This document shows positions 59,837 to 64,000 of a stretch of 64,000 nucleotides of DNA, piece by piece. Numbering within the stretch: the first letter of the stretch is position 1; each line of letters opens with the position of its first letter. Source of the stretch: Nitrospirota bacterium (lineage in GTDB: Bacteria > Nitrospirota > UBA9217); assembly GCA_035623825.1 (NCBI GenBank), contig DASPSR010000022.1:1-64000 (forward strand). Reading direction: 5' to 3'. The translations under genes were made by a program, and so were the position numbers. The notes under the pieces were generated by a model. That model searched no databases. It saw only the letters and a program-made list of their open reading frames with translations, and was not told the origin of the DNA.

Positions 59837-60238
59837 ATGGAGAAAAGAGATTGCAATGACAGGATGACTCATTGGGTCATATTGCTTTGCGTGATTGTAC
59901 TCCCTGGATGTGCAGGCCTTGAGGTGCCCGACACGACGAGCCTGCTCTTTCCCAGGTTCCATCGGTCTGAGGTTTTTGGCTTTGTGGCGGGCCTGGGGAC
60001 GACCTTCGCCGCCTTTCCCGATCTGATAAAGATGCTCAAGCGGCGGTCAAGCAAGGGTATGAACCCGATGATGGCGGGCATTATGGGCATCTTCCAGGTC
60101 GTCTGGATCTATTACGGCCTCTTGATTGCGTCGCGGCCGGTGATCGTATGGAACATGATCGCCGTGGTTATCAATTTCCTGACCGTCGGTGCGTACTTTC
60201 GATTCGCACGGAGGGAAGGGACTAAGGATAACGCATGA
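59837..60238 (+). CDS. SemiSWEET/PQ-loop family transporter with N-terminal extension
   Basis: GFVAG.GTTFAAFPD..K..SSKG, WIYYGLLI.S.PVIVWN. Confidence 0.8.
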   Translation: MEKRDCNDRMTHWVILLCVIVLPGCAGLEVPDTTSLLFPRFHRSEVFGFVAGLGTTFAAFPDLIKMLKRRSSKGMNPMMAGIMGIFQVVWIYYGLLIASRPVIVWNMIAVVINFLTVGAYFRFARREGTKDNA

Positions 60239-60631
60239 ACGCGTCCGGCCATCGGCATATCCGAGCGCGGCCTTCTGCTTCCGGAGGATGCTTCTTAAAA
60301 AGAGGGAAGCAATGGCCAGCCGGTTTTCTGATCCGACATCACGTGCATTTGATTGTTATTCGCCTGCTGTCTCACGGGCGTCCGACGGGGAATGACATTC
60401 GTGCAGTATACCCGAAGGTCATCTGAGGTCATGCGTCCGTTCATGAGCAACATGTGTTTTTAGCGTTGGTCCCCCGGCTGCAACCTTGATTACTTCTAAA
60501 TAACATCACCGCGTCCGAAAACCTCATTTTTTTGCGTTCCACGCACCAATCGGCACTACCGCGATAGAACAATAGCTATATCCCCTCCAGTAAAATCTTT
60601 TAAACGATACTCACGCCCAAAACGTAATTTA

Positions 60632-60910
60632 TTGATAAAAAAGGGGAAAATCCTGCAACTCTGCCTCAATGGCGGCGTGGGGAATGACGCTTATATTCTT
60701 GGCCCTCAATCCGCCAATTATGTTCTCAGCATCAGTACGGGCAGTGCGTTCACTTCTCTCAATCCAGGCGGGGGTAATTACACACTGGCACAGCTGATAG
60801 GCGGTTCCGCGCCCCAGATAACAGTTACCACGCGGATCGCGATCTGGGTCGGGATTAGTGTCAATTCTGGCAGTAGTACGGCCACGGTGCAATCTCTGGC
60901 GATAAATTAG
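60632..60910 (+). pseudogene. probable C-terminal fragment of a secreted beta-rich protein
   Basis: Ser/Gly/Thr/Asn-rich protein-like frame with no good start or RBS, followed by a GC hairpin near 60950-60973. Confidence 0.3.
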
Positions 60911-61088
60911 TGCCGGGGAGAACAAGAACGACATCGGGTATGTAAAAAAGGGGGCCCGGATCAACCGGCCCCTTGATTTGAACTTCTCGCGATATTCCAG
61001 TAAACCATCATTTTATCCTTTATCTTACCGAGAAATTCCACTATTATACATCGCAGGTCTGGCCAATGCTTTCTTCACTGGTTGACGC

Positions 61089-63545
61089 ATGAAGGTAGAG
61101 CCAAAGCTGATCACCATCGCGCTTCGCGATTTCGCCCTGCCGGTCCCCAGAACGGGTAGTATCGAGGCCTGTTCTGGATATGGGCGGGCGGCTTCCGCGG
61201 GGCAGGAAATCCACGTCCGTGCGCAGAAGAAGCGTTCGAACTCCGATCCTGCGTACGAACCCGAGGTCCCGATAAGCCACTCATTCGGCCGGGGACGGTA
61301 TCTATTTCAGATCGACGGCCGCATGGACGGTATTTTTCGCCGAGATCCTCCAAAGATCGAGGAGATCAAGACAAGCTTCGATGTCGACGATATGGCGCAC
61401 CGGCTCGCCGGCGATCCGACAGCTCATCCATACTGCCTCCAGCTCCTGACGTACGGCTACTTCTATTGGCTCGATCATAAGGTACTTCCGCTGCTCAGCT
61501 TTCATCTGGTGTCGACCCGAAACAGGGAGTCCCTGGACCTCGAATGCAAACTCGATCTCTCCGCTTACGAGAGATGGCTGGATCTCCGACTTGATGAACT
61601 CGTTGTCGAGGCAAGAAATGCCGAAAGACGCGTCCTCCGCCGCAGGAAGATCGCATCCAATTTCTGCTTCCCTTTCGAGAACCCGCGTCCAGGTCAGGTC
61701 GAGATCGTTCAGATGATCGAGCGGGGAATGCGCGAGGGGCTCCGGCTTCTCATGCAGGCCCCGACAGGGATGGGGAAGACGGCCGGGGTCCTCTCTCCTG
61801 TCTTGAAGGACGCTATGAGCCGAGGGCAGAAAGTCATCTACGTCACGCCCAAGAACAGCCAGCACTCCGTTGCCGAGGACGCTGTCCAGCGTTTCCAGGA
61901 GGCGGGTTCCAAGATCAAATCGCTCACGATCACGGCAAAGGGAAAGATATGCTTCAAAAACGAGCCGCTCTGCAACCCGGTTTATTGCGAATACGCCAAG
62001 GATTATTATTCTAAGATCCATGAACACGGGGTCCTCGATATCCTTGCGAAAAAGAGAAGGTTAACGGGCCGAATGTTCCGCGATCTGGGCGAGGAGCACG
62101 AGGTCTGCCCCTTTGAACTGCAGTTCGACGCCTCACCGGATGCTGACATCGTGATCTGCGATTACAATTATGTCTTTGCCCAGCGTGCTGCCGTCGGGAG
62201 GGTTGCGGCGATCACCGCCGGCCAGGTTGGCAAACCCAATCTCGTCATCGATGAAGCGCACAATCTTCCCTCACGCTCAATGGAGTACTATTCCCCCTCG
62301 CTCTCGTCCTCCATCCTCGAGAATATGCGGGGAGAGATCAGAGGAGTCCCCGTTTCCTTTCAACGCCAGGCAGAGGAGCTTCTCGATGACTGCATTCAGA
62401 CAATCGTATCGTGCCGGCCCGATGACGGCTCGAAACCGGCGAGGATCGATCCGCCGGCCGGATCGTTTATAGAACAAGATGCAAGGCTCCGGGCCTTCCT
62501 ATCCCGGTACCTTGACTCCGGAGTAGATATAAAGCCGCATGATGTGATCATGAGGCTTTGCTTCTCCTGGTCCGAGTTCACGGAAGCCCTCGGGTATGTA
62601 GCCGATCTTGAAAGAGAGGAGTTCTTCGCGACCTTTCACCCCCATTCGTGCGGAGGCACCGTTAAGATAACCTGCTGCGATGCATCGGAGATGATAAGGG
62701 ATCGCTATGACGAATACGAGCATGTAGTGGGGTTCTCGGCGACGTTGAAACCATTTGATTATTATGCAGGGCTTTCCGGGCTTGATCCTGGGGCGGTGAA
62801 AACCGCTGAATTTCCGAGCCCGTTCTTGAGAGAAAACCGCAAGATTCTTGCCATTCCCCAGATCTCGACCAAATATTCGGATAGAGAAAGAAACTACCCA
62901 AGAATTGCCGATGCCATCCAGCGGATTGCGGCGCTTCGCAAGGGGAATTATTTCGCGTTCTTCCCGAGCTTCGAATTCCTGGAACGCGTGCTCGGCCTTT
63001 TTCAGCCTCCTCACGGTTTCGCGGTTCTCCGGCAGGAACGGCACATGAAGAGGCATCACATCGAGGAAACCCTGGACCATCTCAGGGCGTGTACCGTCCC
63101 GACGATCGTGTTCGCCGTTCAGGGAGGAATGTTTTCCGAGGGAGTCGATTACCCGGGAGACATGTTGATCGGCGCATTCGTCATCGGACCGCCGCTCCCG
63201 AATTTCGACCTCGAACGCGAAGAGATGCGGCGATATTATGAGCGGCGCTACGGTGCGGGTTTCGATTATGCCTATTCGATCCCTGCGATGGCCAAGGCGA
63301 TCCAGGCCGCCGGAAGGGTCATCCGCTCAGAGACCGACAGAGGGCTTATAGTCCTCATGGACAGCCGTTTTGTGCAATCCTGCTATTCCCGTTCGATGCC
63401 GGCAGATTGGTACGAGTCCGGCGCAGCAGATCTCGTTTCCGAAAGAATCTTAATGGAAGTATCCGATTTTTGGGAACGAAGCCTTACTTCGGAAGACCGT
63501 CTTGCTGAAAGCGCGGTCAGAAAAATGCTTCCTTCCGGACGATGA
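61089..63545 (+). CDS. Rad3/DinG-family Fe-S DNA helicase with N-terminal PD-(D/E)xK nuclease-like domain
   Basis: GRMDG..IEEIKT; QAPTGMGKT; C..C..C..CPFE Fe-S ligands; DEAH; SATL; FSEGVD; QAAGRVIR. Confidence 0.92.
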   Translation: MKVEPKLITIALRDFALPVPRTGSIEACSGYGRAASAGQEIHVRAQKKRSNSDPAYEPEVPISHSFGRGRYLFQIDGRMDGIFRRDPPKIEEIKTSFDVDDMAHRLAGDPTAHPYCLQLLTYGYFYWLDHKVLPLLSFHLVSTRNRESLDLECKLDLSAYERWLDLRLDELVVEARNAERRVLRRRKIASNFCFPFENPRPGQVEIVQMIERGMREGLRLLMQAPTGMGKTAGVLSPVLKDAMSRGQKVIYVTPKNSQHSVAEDAVQRFQEAGSKIKSLTITAKGKICFKNEPLCNPVYCEYAKDYYSKIHEHGVLDILAKKRRLTGRMFRDLGEEHEVCPFELQFDASPDADIVICDYNYVFAQRAAVGRVAAITAGQVGKPNLVIDEAHNLPSRSMEYYSPSLSSSILENMRGEIRGVPVSFQRQAEELLDDCIQTIVSCRPDDGSKPARIDPPAGSFIEQDARLRAFLSRYLDSGVDIKPHDVIMRLCFSWSEFTEALGYVADLEREEFFATFHPHSCGGTVKITCCDASEMIRDRYDEYEHVVGFSATLKPFDYYAGLSGLDPGAVKTAEFPSPFLRENRKILAIPQISTKYSDRERNYPRIADAIQRIAALRKGNYFAFFPSFEFLERVLGLFQPPHGFAVLRQERHMKRHHIEETLDHLRACTVPTIVFAVQGGMFSEGVDYPGDMLIGAFVIGPPLPNFDLEREEMRRYYERRYGAGFDYAYSIPAMAKAIQAAGRVIRSETDRGLIVLMDSRFVQSCYSRSMPADWYESGAADLVSERILMEVSDFWERSLTSEDRLAESAVRKMLPSGR

Positions 63546-63748
63546 AGCGGTGCCGGGCAATCTGCAGAGAAAAAGCGCTTCGTGGCCAGTCTTCATTCCG
63601 GGAGGTGCAACCTGTCATTGTGCCGTGCAAAGTACGGAGCAGTCAAAAGTTCATCCCGAATTGCTCGTGATTGCCCTTAAAATTCCCATTTACCATTGTT
63701 GACATCATTTTGGATCGGGCATAAGGCCATTCAGCTCGGAGGTGTCAA

Positions 63749-64000
63749 GTGAGGAATAGTGGAATATCAATAATCACTGCCGCGTTCATTCTATTATTGA
63801 GCGGGTGTGCCGGAACGACACCAATTAAAAACCTGGCGTTACCTCCCGTAAGTGTGATCGAAGGGAGAATCACCCAACTTGATGAGGGTGGATTTACTCT
63901 AACGGATAGCTCCGGATCAATCTTTGTCAGGGCTGAGTTGCCGGACAGTAGAAAATTAAATTTATCCATTGATGAGAATGTCAAGGTATATGGTAATTTA
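63749..64000 (+). CDS. OB-fold-like lipoprotein, truncated by the window edge
   Basis: GGAGG RBS with GTG start; lipobox LSGC; IEGRIT..FTLTDSSGSIFV..VKVYGNL; frame open to the end. Confidence 0.7.
   Translation, partial: MRNSGISIITAAFILLLSGCAGTTPIKNLALPPVSVIEGRITQLDEGGFTLTDSSGSIFVRAELPDSRKLNLSIDENVKVYGNL

Noticed and set aside
1-64000. Genome-wide UGA reassignment (genetic code 4 or 25)
   Set aside because: Many clear genes end at TGA at their expected family C-terminus (iorA, USP, RNB, TMEM175, S53), so the in-frame UGAs are local events.
1-64000. CRISPR array, intact IS, prophage, rRNA or intact tRNA
   Set aside because: No regularly spaced repeats, intact transposase or integrase, phage structural genes or complete cloverleaf seen by eye.

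Overview
A 64 kb bacterial accessory-rich region of about 60 mostly unlinked genes with no rRNA, intact tRNA or CRISPR array. The gene content (DUF4388-PilT pair, two-CW protein, GEMM riboswitch, Sbt radical SAM, c-type cytochrome) suggests a Nitrospirota or Desulfobacterota-like anaerobe; this is inference. The most notable signals are missing from, or broken in, the ORF track. (1) A hidden 92-codon RiPP precursor (20525-20803, minus strand) with two in-frame UGA codons in identical S-U-S-G-T contexts and a SECIS-like hairpin lies directly upstream of an SbtM-type radical SAM/SPASM maturase. (2) A GEMM-I riboswitch with the A20 signature of 3',3'-cGAMP sensors overlaps a terminator ahead of a sedolisin protease with a basic tail and a phosphoesterase interrupted by one UGA. 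(3) Two putative ribosome-arrest leader ORFs (ending RAPP and HSPP) precede envelope or metal-uptake genes. Also seen: a sigma-54 promoter with paired enhancer-like sites, two unannotated micro-proteins, and relics of a RAYT transposase, a response regulator and a tRNA-derived att site. All family assignments come from motif recognition by eye, not database searches.
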